Below, one piece after another: positions 27,445 through 41,170 of a stretch of DNA of 64,000 nt. A program made the translations under genes and the position numbers. The stretch lies in NCBI RefSeq assembly GCF_009914755.1, contig NC_060928.1. One strand, written 5' to 3'. The stretch's first letter is position 1, and every line of letters begins with the position of its first letter. Origin of the DNA: the human T2T-CHM13v2.0 reference genome, Homo sapiens. The notes beneath the pieces are model-generated. The model had not been told where the DNA came from and made no database searches. It saw only the letters and a list, made by a program, of their open reading frames with translations.

Positions 27445-28663
27445 TTAGTCTAGGCAAAGATTTCTTGAGCAAGACCTCAAAAGCCCAAGCAACCAGAGCA
27501 GAAATGGACAAATGGAATCACATCAAGCTAAAAAGCTTCTGCACAACAAAAGAAACAAAAAATGAAGAGGTAACGTACAGAATGGGAGAAAATATTTGCA
27601 AGCTATTACCTGACAAGAAATTAGTAACTAGAATATCTAAGGAACTCAACTCAAGAGCAAAAATAAATCAATAATCTGATTTTAAAATGGGCAAAAGATC
27701 TGACTAGACATTTCTCAAAAGATGACATGCACATGGCCAAGAGGTATATGAAGAAAAATGCTTAACATCACTGATCATCATGAAGGTGCAAATCAAAACC
27801 ACAAGAAATATCACCTCACCCCAGTAAAAATGGCCTTTATCAAAAAGACAAAAATAATGGATGCTAGTGAGGATGTGGAGAAAGGGGAAACCCTGTACTA
27901 TGTTGGTGGGATGTAAATAAGTATAGCCATTATGGAAAACATTATGGAGGCTTCTCAACAAATCAAAAGTGAAAACTACCATGTGATCTACCAATCCCAC
28001 TGTTGGGTATATTTCCAAAAAAAAAAAAAAAGAAATCAGTATATGAAAAAGATTTCTGCACTGCCATGTTTATTGCAGCACTATTCATAATAGCCAAGAT
28101 ATTCCATTAACCTAAGTGTACATCAATAAATAAATGAATAAATAAAACATGGGAGATATATATGAATACTATTCAGCCATAAAGTAGAATTGAATTTGCA
28201 ACAACATGGATGGAAGTGGAGGATATTATGTTAAATGAAATTGAAATAAGCCAGGCACAGAAAGACAATTATCTCATGTTTTTACCAGGTTTGGGAGCTA
28301 AAAACATTGCTCTCATGGAGGTAGAGAGTAGAATGATGGTTACCAGAGGCTGGGAAGGGTAGTGGGGATTGGTTTTGAAAAATGTTGGTTAATGGGTACA
28401 AAAATACAGTTAGTAGGAATAAGATCTAATATTCAGTAGCAAGATGATGTGACTGTAGTTAAAAATAATTTATTCTGTATTTCAAAATTACTAGGTAAGT
28501 TGATTTGGAATGTTCCCGACACAAAGAAATGGTAAATATTTGAGGTGATGGCTATCTCGGTTACCCTAATGTAATCATTACACATTGTTTCCTTGTATCA
28601 AAATATCACGTGGGTCCCATAAATATGTACAAATGTTATATAATCCTAAAAATTAAAAAATAA
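27445..28663 (+). mobile_element. 5'-truncated L1MA-type 3' end
   Basis: ORF 27465-27674 '[22 protein letters not shown]' is the ORF2 C-terminal region; L1MA 3'UTR ends 'aaaattaaaaaataaa'. Confidence 0.88.
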
Positions 28664-28795
28664 AGACCACAAAAATGTAAAATCATCTAAGCAAGGCAAT
28701 TGGAGGTCAATTACTTGAATTACAATTTAATATAATCAATGGGATAATTGATGGAATACAGTGGTGTTTACTTTTGGCCTTGCTTCTTTCATGTA

Positions 28796-29140
28796 CTGCC
28801 ATGTGTCACTTAACAATAGAAATATGTTCTGAGAAGTACATCATTAGGTGATTTTGTCACTGTGTGAACATCATAGCATGTACTCTACACAGACCTAGAT
28901 TGTATGGCCTATAACACACTTAGGCTCTATGGTATAGCCTATTGCTCCTAGGCTGCAAACTCATAAGGCATGTTACTGTGCTGAACACTGTAGGCAAATG
29001 TAACACAGTGGTATTTGTGTATCTCAACATATTTAAACATAGAAAAGGTACAGTAAAAATACAATATTATAATCTTATGGGTTGATCCTCATAAATACAG
29101 TCTGTCTTTGATGGAAACATCATTACGCAGCTCATGACTG
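28796..29140 (-). mobile_element. Tigger3a-like (TcMar-Tigger) non-autonomous DNA transposon
   Basis: Degenerate TIRs 'ctgccatgtgtcacttaac' / 'attacgcagctcatgactg' flanked by TA (28794-95, 29141-42); 345 bp. Confidence 0.88.
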
Positions 29141-29914
29141 TAAAGTATTTGGTTTCCCCACATTATGACCTGCGTAATTATTCAGTATGATTTAGATACG
29201 AATTCTCTCAATCAAGACAAGTGTGAATTGAATTGATAGAAAATTACTTTCTTCAATCCAAAATAAGTTTTCTTGATCATTCTGCAAATATATACTTCAT
29301 TTGTTTCTTTGATATTATAAATTATGTTTTATTAACACAGACACAAATTCTATATACATCTGTAATTAGAATTTCACTTTTCTGGGAAGTTCTTTTAAAA
29401 TGATCTAGCTAAACAGTTATTTCATGAGTTACTGTCTACAGGTAATTCTCATTCACAGGTGGCCGATTTGTTTCGTCATTAAGAACATTCTACCATAAGC
29501 TCTCAGACTGTCCTATTCCCCTTCAGCAGAATTGGTCCGCAATCTGATAGGAAGCATTTCCATGAAGCTATGGATAGACAGGACAGGTCACTTTCCACTG
29601 ATTTATTATTTCATGAAGATTTAAAATCATTATCATGGAAGAGCACTCACGAGGTTATCTTGTTAAATCAAGATCAAGATTTAACTCAGTAAGACCAACT
29701 TCTCTTATTTCTTCAACTCTATCTTAATTTTTGCCTCTTTTTACTTTTAAGATTTTTGTGGTTGGTCTTTCAGGGTGTAATTTGGAAATACTACAGAAAT
29801 GTTGACTATTTCATGCTTCTATGTCAGTATATTGTGCATCACAACATATTGAGAGATCAGAAGACAAAGTTTATGTGAGACTGAGCAGCTAGTAAAATCA
29901 ATTTAGTACATGGC

Positions 29915-30025
29915 TCCACCCCAGACTGTATCTCCATGTGGGCATGATCACCTCTGTCTTGTTCACTATGATGTCTCAGAGACTATGTCCCATCAACAGT
30001 GCTCAAGAAATGTTTGCAAATGGAG
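29915..30025 (+). mobile_element. L2 3' terminal fragment
   Basis: 'tctgtcttgttcactatg...gtgctcaagaaatgtttg'. Confidence 0.55.
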
Positions 30026-31016
30026 TACATTTTCTGGTTTTTATGTGGCACTCACATAGCACATCATACTTCAAATATCTCTAGCCATTTACCTCTATTA
30101 GTTATGAAAATTTCCAGCTAAAACAATTCTGATTAAAATGTGACCTTTGAATGCTCTTCTGGGAGAAATGTGTAGCTTTAAATTATGAGACACTACAATA
30201 TTATTTCCCATTAAATTTACATCTTTTATCCTAAAATATTACAGTTCCCAATAAAATAAGAAAAAAAATCATATTTTTGTGTTTCATTTCCACCCTTTTA
30301 TACAAGAGATAAAAATAATTCCCAAAGAATTAATAATGACATTGGAGAAAATTATAGGGAAAAAGTGAGTCAGAGCATAACTGCATGCAAATTATTTGGA
30401 CAGACATTAACATGTAAAAAATGGTCTGCAAACATAAAAGCTGTAACTGAGAAAGGAGTAGCATTTTTCCTCATTAACCTATAATAAAAAGATGCTTGCA
30501 AGGACAAAACTTTAAGTGATTTGTTAAATAGAACTCTTCCTATGTTCTTTTGAAAAAATTGATGTAGGCTGATACCCAGGTTAAAAAAATAGATAAAGAA
30601 TTTCAATATCTTTTAAATTATCTGAGGTAGATATATAAACAATATGAAATAATTTCTCATTCCTTTGAGTAAAGTATTTCAACACAAGTGAAATAAAGAA
30701 TGCAAGAAAGGGCTTCGCAGGATTTATACACTCCGTTTGCCCTTTTTAGTTAATTAAGTGACCTCAATAAAATGGAGGGCATCTATTTTTAAATCTCAGT
30801 ATCTCAGGACAGTAGATTATACCTGAAAATCAAAACCCAAATGGTCATCTCTGTTATCAGGGGAAGGGTAATTTCATGGGTGGATTAATTTAGCTTTTTG
30901 TTTCATCTATTTCTTTCATTAACTTTCTGTCTTTCCACTATTTTTAACATGCCTTTCAGAAAAGAGCTGGGAAAAGGGAACTCTTATTTCTTAATTTTTC
31001 AGTTCTAATGAGAAAA

Positions 31017-31050
31017 AGAGAGTGAGAGAGAGAGACAGAGAGAGAGAGAG
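31017..31050. repeat. (GA)n-rich repeat
   Basis: Directly visible. Confidence 0.85.
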
Positions 31051-33074
31051 GACATATTAAACTGTTGGCTAAAATTAAGCTTGTGGAATGTTTCTTTCAT
31101 TTTTCCTCTCTGTTGACTATTAGCTTATAAAAGCAATTATTTTAGAATGAAAGACCTCTATTACAATCATATGTGTAAAGAAAAAATTATAAAAGAGAAA
31201 AACATAGGAAAAGGAGTTCAACGTTTTTTGTTGCTTTGTTATAAAATGAATAAGCAGGTATTCCGTAAAGCACATCTAACAGGTGGGTACAAAGACCTGG
31301 CTTTCCAGGAGGCCTATGCTGAGTCTCAGGGGCGGCCAAGAGCAGCTCTCAGTGTGAAAAGTTCTAGGTAGTGCCAAGGAGAATACCCATTAACAGGTCT
31401 ACAGGGATGTGAAGCTTGCATGAATAATGCTTGCTCAAATCCAAGGATACTATAGAGGAAGGTGAATCTGGTGTTCTAAATAGCGACAAAAAGCATGGGA
31501 AGTTTTGACTTATGACAAACTGGTTCAAAGCTGGGTTCAATAAATCAGTCGTGAACTTGAATTTCTTATGTGCTTGTATTTTATGGGCTTTATGTTTACT
31601 TTTCAAAGAGCTGAGCCAAATAGGATGGGTGCTCTATTATTACTATGTGGAAGGCTTTGTCATATTCAACTATGTGTTTTCCCCAGTGCCGGCAGTGTTC
31701 GGTAAATAGATACTCATTCAATATTAGTTTAGTTTAATTTAATTTAACTTAATTATAGATAGGATCTCCAGTAGTCACAGATCAAACCTGGGAATGAATT
31801 ATTTTTTTTTAATTTAGAAAAGGTTGACACTTTACTTTGTAGAAAGATTGGTTTATTTAAATAGTAAAGGCTTTTAATAACTCAGAAAAATATAGAATAA
31901 TAGTAAACCTTTCCAAATACAGTTTCAAAGATTTCTTACATTTTTCTACTTATTTAGTTTTTAAATAATGTTGTTATTGGGCTAATTTTTATCGATATTG
32001 GTATATTCATATATTAAGAAGGCAACTTTAGTTCTATAATAAGATTTTATTGGGCTTATAAAGACAATGATTCTAATAGCATTATTTGTTTAAACAGAAA
32101 CATAATGGTATTCCATATTAATCTGGAGTATCTAAGAAAAAATAAATATGAGATGCTAACTTCAATTAATCACCTGCTATTTTAGAAAAAGGTAATTTTA
32201 TTGTACTATATCATAAAAGTGAATCTTGACAGTATGTAAATATTGTAGCATGATTTTTCTGCTGGAAAACCTAAATTATATTATTCATTCATAAGTCAGT
32301 TTTGATGATTTAAAAAGATTTTACATTTTATAGGGTGATAGCAAAATAGTTATTACCATATACGAAACATAAAACACCACTTGCCTTCCAACATACATCA
32401 AAATATTGTTGGTATGGCTTCATTTCTTCATATTTCTTTTTTTTACCATGACCTCACCCACCTCATAAAATATTTATCATGTAGCTATCATGTAATTAGA
32501 CTATTTTATTAAAACACAGCAATATCAAGAACCTAATATAAAAATAAGCATAATACCAAAATCAAAAGGCCCTAACAATTTTTTTCCAAAGGCTGTCTCT
32601 CACTTATGATAATTATTTGCGAAAGGCTTAAGTACTCTACATATATTGACTATTCTTGAGAAACCTATTACATTTTATGATCCAGAGAAGTGAACACTGA
32701 TTGAGAGAATGTTGCATTTAGACACATTTTGTCCTTGGGTCACACTTTTACCAGCCTCCATTTCCAGGAATGTTAACTACTTAATGCATGTCATAGTTTT
32801 GTTCCTAATAAGTAAAAAGCTCTCAATTGAATCCAAAGTTGGTTGATGTCAGAGGGGTGTAGTGATATACGAACATGTAATCCTTTTTGACATAAAAACT
32901 TAATCTTTATTTGTCTACTTTATTAGATGAAGTCAATTGACACATTATGAGGGTCTGAGAAAGGGCTCATACTCAACCCCCACCCCTAACCCTGTATGGA
33001 ATTTCCCCATTCTGGCTAGGAGGAAGAAAACAAACAGCTTTGCTGTTAACCAAAGAACCCTCTTGCCCAGGGAA

Positions 33075-33135
33075 AGATAGAGATAGAGATAGAGATAGAT
33101 AGACAGAGAAAGAGAAATAGAAACAAAGAGACAGA
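33075..33135. repeat. (GATAGA)n purine-rich repeat
   Basis: agatag hexamer repeated about 4 times, then degenerate. Confidence 0.85.
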
Positions 33136-33744
33136 AGGGCAGAGATTATTTCTTTTGTTCTATTTTTTTTCTTATTTTGCTTAATAAAGAACTAATTTGA
33201 GAGTGAGAGGGAAAAGAATACGGGATCTAAAAGATAAGGAATTTCTCCACCTAGTGTGGAGCAGCCACCCAGGCAATTTGTTTGAGTGCTTCAGAGACAC
33301 ATGGGATGAGAGTGAGTTCCAGCTCTCAGGAGCCTGGGAACTTCATCCTGCCGCACAGCACATCCCACCAGTCAACTGCTCTCACGCCTACAATAGTGGG
33401 AGAGATATTAGATACACATTACCAGAATTCCTTCTCCCTGCTTTATTTATCCTTAAGAGTGCTTTCCTACAACACATCTAAAAATATGTATAAGACCAAA
33501 GCATTCATCACTGTTCCAATATTTGTTTTTGCATAAAGTGGCTGCTGTTTGGCCATGTGTGCAAAGTGGAATCTGCTCTTGCTACCATAACCACAATTAA
33601 TTACAGCAAGATGTCGGTCCAATCAAATAGCAGCTACACTTAAGAACTGCAACCAACTGGGTGGTAACAATGTTTTCTGATCGGATAAAGTTTTGTGTAT
33701 TAGGAATGCTGGGTGGACACAGATAGTGGGCCATTCAAGCCCAG

Positions 33745-33880
33745 GTTGTATTTTAAATGACTGACCTCCATTATTTGTTATGGGATCTTAGAAAAGGTAC
33801 ATAAGTTATCCTTCAGTTTTCTCATTTGTGAAATAAATATATTTCCCTTCACAAGGTTATTAAGATAAATAAATGATTAG
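33745..33880 (+). mobile_element. MIR fragment
   Basis: 'cttcagttttctcatttgtgaaataa...cacaaggttattaagataaataaatga'. Confidence 0.6.
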
Positions 33881-33884
33881 TGCA

Positions 33885-34800
33885 TTTTTCATTCAGCAAA
33901 TACTTATTTATTCATCATCAACTATGTATCAGACATTCTTCTAGACACTGAAGAAAACCCCAGACATCAAAATAGAGAATTTTTCCTGCCTTCATGTAGA
34001 CTACATTGTGAGGGAGGAAAAAATGTAAAAATAACTATGTTATATGCAAGACAGTAATAAGCACGAAGGAGAAAAATAGGGAAGTGGCATAAAGAATATA
34101 AAGAACATGTGAACTTAAAATATATTCATCAACAAGGGATTATTGGAAAGAAAAGATTTAAGGGAGTGGGCCATACATCTATCTGGAGAAACAGTGCTAC
34201 AGGCAGGGAAATAACAGGTACAAAATTCCTGGTGCAAAAGTATGTCTAAAGTGTTCAAGAAACAGCAACATCTGAGTGAATGGAGTGAAATGAGCAGCAA
34301 TTTGAGTGAGAGCATGAGTTTAGAGAGGTAATTGGAAGACTGGAAATTTGTCTAAGTATTTGGGCATTGTTCTGAGTAAAAAAGGAAGTACTGGGAGGGT
34401 TAAGCAGAAAAGAATCTTGATCTCAAGTACAAATCTATTAGGATCTTGCTGGCTACAGAGCTGAGAGTAGACTGAAGGGGCGAATTTGGAAGGTCAGATC
34501 GTATAAGTAGGGTAGGAGTGAGAACTGGTTGAATTCTAGATAAAGTTTGAAGGTAGGGGCAACTGGATTTGCTGATGGACTGAGTGACATTTGTGAGAAG
34601 AAGGGAAGAGTCTATGGTGAACAGAATTTTTGGTCTAGGCTACTATAAGGATAAAATGGTCATTGGCTGAAATGAAGCAGCTGTAGTTTTGGTGGGGCTG
34701 GGAGCAGAACTGGGATTGAAGGGGGTAGTATGGAGGAGGCTCCACATTAAGTGTCAGATGGACTTTAGATGTCACGTGATAGTGTTAAACAGGTAAGTGT
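33885..34800 (-). mobile_element. L2a-like LINE fragment
   Basis: 'cattcagcaaatacttatt', 'cctgccttcatgtag', 'ttctagataaagtttgaaggtag', 'ggatttgctgatggactgag'. Confidence 0.8.
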
Positions 34801-35244
34801 ATATATCATACATGTGTAGTAATTAACATTCCTCAAAGTACTCAGTAAATGGTGGTTAGGACTGTTCTAAACTCAGCTCTGTTTCTTCATGAGTAATATA
34901 CTATGGGACAAAGATTAAAAACTATCCCCCATCTTGTTTTAAAATGATACTTCCCTGAATTTAAGATTTTAAAATTTTCAAATATTTGACATTTATTTGA
35001 AATTTGAATTCAAAGTGCTTTGAAATATCAAAGATACTCTTTAATTTTTTTTGCTTTACTGAATGTCACTGGTCTTTACATTCATATTATTTCTTCAGGC
35101 CATTCAACAATTGGAAGGCTGCTAAATTAAGTTATGTCAAATTAATAGATTGGCTACAACAGCTTTATTAGTAATGGCAAATGTTTAGTGAGCATTTGAT
35201 TTCAGAGTCACTCTTTTAAAAGGCATCTTACACATCTTGTTTCT

Positions 35245-35400
35245 GATCTTCGTAATAACTAGGTAAGGTATTATTAACTCCATGTACAGATTAAGAATCT
35301 GAGGCTCAAAGAGGGTAGGTGACTTTCCAGAATTTAAACTAAGGTCACATTGCTCTCCCAACCAACCTATTCTAGCATCCACTCTTCCACACTGCCTCAG
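35245..35400 (-). mobile_element. MIR fragment
   Basis: 'tattattaactccatgtacagattaagaatctgaggctcaaagagggtaggtgactttcc'. Confidence 0.7.
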
Positions 35401-36340
35401 TTTACAGACATCATTTGACTTATGTTTTCTAAAACACATATTTATCTTCATTTTTATATTATAATACTTTTAAAAAACCTTTTGTGTTCATTTTCATCAA
35501 TGTACATACCTACCACTAACATACTCTCCTCCCATCCTTTTATAACTAATTGTACTACATACAGATATGTTTTTATAATTGTTATTTTTATTATTAGTTA
35601 ATTATACTATATTATTATATACTTATTAATTTTATACTATATTATTTTTATGATTGCATTATAAATATACATAATTTATGCCACAAACCCTGCTGTAAAA
35701 CGTAAGTTAAAGTAACAAATTCCAGTTTCCCAAATGTAGCACTAATGGCTCACCATGTTGTAGATAGAACACCAATAATATTCTCACATAAATTTCTGCC
35801 TTCAGTTCCTGAAGCACTAAAATTTTATTGTTATACCTCCAAAAACCTTTAGAGAAAGAAATAGAGCAGAAATATTCAGACGTATCAAAAATATGTAATT
35901 TTTCATTCATGACCTTTGTATATCTATTATAAATGTATACCTCTTTTCAATGTTTCTATACAAAACATACCATAATTCAATGTCCACCTTTCTCCTCACA
36001 ATTCAACTTACTGGATATTCATCATACAATGATATAGTTTGGTAAACATCTAATTTTTCTGCATTATGAAATTTAAGTTTCTCTAATCCATCAATGGATA
36101 TGACTTAAAATTATTGAATTTTCTTCCTTTTATGAAAATTGCCCAGTATCAGGCTTAAAATTCTACAGCAATTTTTTAGGCTGATGTTGTTTGACATAAG
36201 CACTGAAAAACATTAGTACTTTGTTATGCAGAGGGAGATGCAACACACAGGGAAAGGAAGAGATGCTAAACAAAAGGCCACTGCTAAACTAAGTCAAAGC
36301 CCCTTAGACGTTCCCCTCAATTGCTTCTAAGGATGTGAGC

Positions 36341-36490
36341 CCCTTTCTTTCTCCCTCCCTCCGTCCCTCCCTCCCTCCCTCCTTTCCTTCCTTCCTTCCT
36401 TCCTTCCTTCTTTCCTGCCTGCCTGCCATCCTTCCTTCCTTCCTGCCATCCCTCCTCCCTGCCTCTCTCTCTCCCTCCCTTTCTGCCTTG
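36341..36490. repeat. Polypyrimidine (CCCT/CCTT/CCTG)n simple repeat
   Basis: About 150 bp almost purely pyrimidine on the + strand. Confidence 0.95.
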
Positions 36491-37519
36491 TCTTTTTACC
36501 CCTATTTGATAGGCAGTTATCAAGATGGATGTTTAATGGGAATAGTGCTCTGGGATTCATGTTCAGAAAGAAAAATATATTTACATTTACCTGTTCATGA
36601 AAAATTTTCCAGTTGACTTTATCCTTTGATTCTTTTTCCCTGATCCTATTGCAATTTTGTTTGCTCTTTTGGTGACAAGCCAGTGCCATTTCTACTGGCA
36701 GCACTGTAAGTGATATTTATGCTTGCTCATGAATGTTCAGCAGTGACCTTCATGCCTAGAATATTTTCATCTTTTTCCAAATTTTCTTTATGTGTGTATT
36801 AAGGGACTCCCCAAGTCTATACCGCTTAAATTAATGCTGTTTGATTACTCATTCTGAATTTACCTACTTGTACTTAGACTATCTTATACAGCCTGGAAAC
36901 TGAAAGAATATTCGTTTTCCTTCTGATAATGACATGAACTATAAAATCTAAATGCTGGCTATTGTGGAATGCCATAGAACAACTGACCTGTGCCTAATCA
37001 TTTCATCCCTACACTGAGACTCACTCGTCCTTAGTTTTGTTTTCATTTTTGTGACTGACTTTCATTAAGATTTTAAACAATAAAAAAATTATCTGTCAAA
37101 AGCTATTTACCCTTTTCTAATGTAGAAATAATAAATATCCAACATGCAATCTACTTAACTGCAGTAGTGTGAAGTACAGTATCTTCATGCATTAAATCAT
37201 ATTTTGATCATGATTGGACTTTCTTCTCACAGAGCCCTATTAATTTCTTAGAGTGAAATATTGAAAGTTCCACTTAAATATTTTTAGGAAGACTAAAGAC
37301 CACATTCCAAGAGTAGGTAAGAATACATCTCCTTTCTTCTCACACACACTTATTGCCAGGGTACACCTACTAATGTGGAGAGAGAGAGAGCACAAAGGAG
37401 GAAAGGGGTCAGGCCACAGCCTTACTAAAAACCTACCTGTTTCTTTTGCTTCCCTCCAACTCACCCACAATCCTCATGCTTCCCAATCCGCAAAGCAAGA
37501 GCCTAAAATATAATATTAC

Positions 37520-37760
37520 CCAGCATTTATTGAATGATGACAATGTGCTATGTATCATGGAAAGCCTTTTGTATATACTAATCTTTATTCTTCACAATAA
37601 CCCTAAGAAGCTAGTATCTTATCTGAACTTTACCGTTAACAAGTTAAGTACAGGAAGTCTCAAAGATTTTTTGTCCAAGATCTCATGGATTCTACATGTT
37701 TAACTTTAAAGAAAAAATCAGGTTGATTTGGTCCCAAGGCCTGTACTTTGAATAGGCTGT
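37520..37760 (-). mobile_element. MIR fragment
   Basis: 'catttattgaatga...ttattcttcacaataaccctaagaag'. Confidence 0.65.
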
Positions 37761-38264
37761 ATTGTACAAAACCACAAAGACAGATTTAGTGCATAAGTAT
37801 CATCTTCTAAGTAGTAGGAAATATCCTCTCCAGAGTTAAGAAGAATTTGGGAATCTCCAAATAAAATGTTTAATAACTCATATTAGGCTACTATTTCTTT
37901 CTGCTAAACCTAGTTCTAAAACCAGGGTGGTCTTCTGATTCCTTATAACTATGGACTCCAAAATCATGTATATTCTTTGTATGGCTTGAATTTGGAGTTT
38001 GTTCCTAAGGCATGACACTAGGATCTAGCACTTACTAGAACTCACATGTACTGCAGTTTAATTCCTAACCTTCAGTTCCCAGGCCTAGTCTTTGTAGTGC
38101 CAGATACTTCTGATTCCACTAGATCATCTTTCTGGATTGCTACTTAACCCCAGCTATCTGACTGATGAATCCTCGATTGCCTAGATTTCTTATTATTTAT
38201 AATTAGGTCCTTTTAGACTGACTTCAACAACCAAATGAATCTTCTGATGGGGCATATTTCTAAT

Positions 38265-39585
38265 ACTTATTTACATTTCCACAAATATTTGTTCTATTAT
38301 ATTCCAAGAACTAGCTACGTTTTGAGGGTATAATGGGAAACAAGAAAACAAACGGCTTTCTTGCGGAAATAATGGACTAGTAAGGTAACAAAATAGAAAC
38401 AAAGAAAATGAGCAAATAACTTATTAAAAGTTAACACAAGGGCTATTAAAGAAACAAAAAGAGTTTCCTGAAAGGGAAAAGTGTAGGTTAGGTGAGTATT
38501 AATTAAGTGGTGCAATTAGGAAAGGCATTTCTGAGAATGTGGAATTTACACTGGAACATTAAAATATATCAGAAATATATGTAAAGAGTGAAGGGAAGAA
38601 CACTGCAATAAGAAGAATCTGTGTGTGTAAAGATACAGGCAGGAAAAAGACTCCTGTTCAAGGAACTGAAAGGCATGTGGTGTGGCGATGAAGGGCATTA
38701 GATGAGGTTAGAAAGGCAGATAATCTGGCTTCCATGGTCATCTGACAGATTGAAGACAGGTCACCTACCTTTCTAACCTCATCTAATGCCCTACACTATG
38801 GTTAAACCACAAATTTTTTAAAAAGTCAAATTATATTTGTTTTTAAACAGGGCATTGACAGGGGCTGATTTCAGTTTTAAGAGTTTCCTAGCTGTTTCAT
38901 ATATTAACAAAATAGATTAGAAATGACAAGTTCAGACATAGAGCAATCACTGGAAATCTTTGGCAAGGGAATGTTAGGCAAGGAAAGATGATGGTCGGTG
39001 GTGACACTGAGGATGAAGGCAAGTGAGGGACCTCATATGCATTTTTGTGATTAAAAATATTATAAAGCTCAGCTAGGACAAGGGTGGAGATAGAAAGGGG
39101 ATATTTTTGAATCAAGTAAAAATGTATTACTTGATGAACCTGGTGGGTAGTATTGCCATTTAATTAAATGGAAATACCGAAGGGGATTATGATGGACTCA
39201 TAAAGTAAAATCAATAGTTCATATTTAGACATAAGTGTCAGACATGTGTGGAACATCCAGGCAGAAATGCCAATTAACAGTTGCCCATGTGAGTCCTTAG
39301 CTCACAGGTGAGGTCTAGGCTGTATGTAGGCATTTGAGAATTTCATCACATTTTCTGGGAATTAATGACAACCTTGGAAAAAGAGTGTAGAAAGAGAAGG
39401 CAAGAAAATGTGGGTGAGAGTTCTCAAGCATTCCAGATAGAGGAGGAGAAGCCACTAAAGAAGAATCAGAAGTGGCTGGTGAAGCAGAAAAAATATTTAA
39501 GAGAGTGTCTCTGAAGCCACATTTGCGTAGAAGAATGGGATTAGCAGTGTCGAATGCTGCTAAGAGGTATAATAAAATAGTGGTT
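38265..39585 (-). mobile_element. L2 LINE fragment
   Basis: 'ggaaaggcatttctgag', 'gttcaaggaactgaaagg', 'ggaacatccaggcagaaatg', 'cagtgtcgaatgctgctaagagg'. Confidence 0.75.
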
Positions 39586-40090
39586 CTGTTAATTTCCAAT
39601 TCTGTCAATTGCATTATGCGAGTACTTTTTTCATCAGTACTTATTTATTTTAACCTCTGTACATAATCTTAATAGTGTCCAGATCTCTCAGAGAAATCTT
39701 CCTGAAGCAGAGAGGGTATTGGAGTTAAACATGTGATTATCAAGTGCAACCATTTAATCTGTGAAGTGCTCCTAAAATTTAAAAGTGATCTATTCTCAAA
39801 TGCATATATGAAGATGTTTCATACATTGTTTATATTTAAAAAATAAGAACAAATTAAACTAGACTCATGGTAAAAATAGTTATGTCTTAAGATAATGTTT
39901 CTGCTATATCACTTTTGTCAAGCTAGATAGATCTTCTAATACTTATTGAGATTTGGCATATTTATTATTACTTAACTAAATATATGGTCTTTGTTGACTA
40001 ATTTGTGTTTCTTTCATGTTTTACAATCATTAGGAATAATTATTTCTAAGGCTCAGCTAGGAGAAGGGTCCTAAGTTGTCCCCGATAGGA

Positions 40091-40275
40091 TCTCTCACTA
40101 TTAGTACATACTAGGTAGAGTATTTAGAAATCAACTCAAAGCAAAATTCTGATTTAAAAAAATTAATTGAACTTTATGAATCTCTCACTATATTGTTGGT
40201 TAGCCTAGTACTAATCTGCCTGTAGGCACTAAGATATTACTCATTTGGATATTATATTTCCTATAAATTCCAATA
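40091..40275 (+). repeat. Dispersed direct repeat, copy 1 (~185 bp)
   Basis: Aligns colinearly with 47249-47434 with one indel; roughly 80-85% identity by eye. Confidence 0.9.
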
Positions 40276-40315
40276 ACCATAAATGATTTCAAATTATCAT
40301 AAAACCTTAAGTTGT

Positions 40316-41170
40316 TTTCTTTATTTCTTCTAAAAAAATGGGATATATGTGCAGAATGTGCAGGCTTGTTACAGAGGTATATGTGTGCCATGTTGGTTTG
40401 CTGCACCTATTAACCCATCCTCTAAGTTCTCTCTCCTCATCCTCCACCCCTCAATAAGCCCTGGTGTGTGTTGTTCCCCTCTCTGTGTCCATGTGTTCTC
40501 AACGTTCGACTCCCACTTATTAGTGAGAACATGTGGTGTTTGGTTCTCTGCTCCTGTGTTAGTTTGCTGAGGATTATGGCTTCCAGCTTCATCCATGTCC
40601 CTGCAAAGGACATGATCTCATTCCTTTTTATGGCTGCATAGTATTCTATGGTGTATATATATCACATTTTCTTTATCCAGTCTATCATTGATGGGCATTT
40701 GGGTTGGTTACGTGTCTTTGCTATTGTAAATAGTGCTGCAATAAACATACATGTGCATGTGTCTTTATAGTAGAATGATTTATATTCCTTTGGGTACACA
40801 TCCAATAATGGGATTGGTGGGTCAAATGGTATGTCTAGTTCTAGATCCTTGAGGAATCACCATACTGTCTTCCGCAGTGGTTGAACTAGTTTACACTCCC
40901 ACCAACAGTATAAAAGCGTTTCTATTTCTCCACAGCCTTGTAGCCATTTGTTGTTTCCTGACTGTTTAATAATTGCCATTGTGACTGACAGGAGGTGGTA
41001 TATCGTTGCGGTTTTGATTTGTATCTCTCTGATGATCAGTGATGTTGAGCTTTTTTTCGTATGTTTGTTGGCTGTGTAAATGTCTTCTATTGAGAAGTGT
41101 CTATTCATATCCTTTGCCCACTTTTTGATGGGGCTTTTTTTTCTTGTACATACGTTTAAATTCCCTGTGA
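40316..41170 (-). mobile_element. 5'-truncated L1PA (PA8-like) 3' end
   Basis: 'aaaaaatgggatatatgtgcagaatgtgcagg' 3'UTR; ORF 40857-41108 is the ORF2 C-terminus; diverged TSD tcataa..ccttaa.tt on both flanks. Confidence 0.9.

Noticed and set aside
29445-29600. Putative splice acceptor 'ttctcattcacag' and coding exon
   Set aside because: All three frames after the AG hit stops within about 90 nt and no strong donor follows
36317-36704. G/R/E/K-rich and P/S/L-rich ORFs
   Set aside because: Translation artefacts of the (CCTT)n simple repeat
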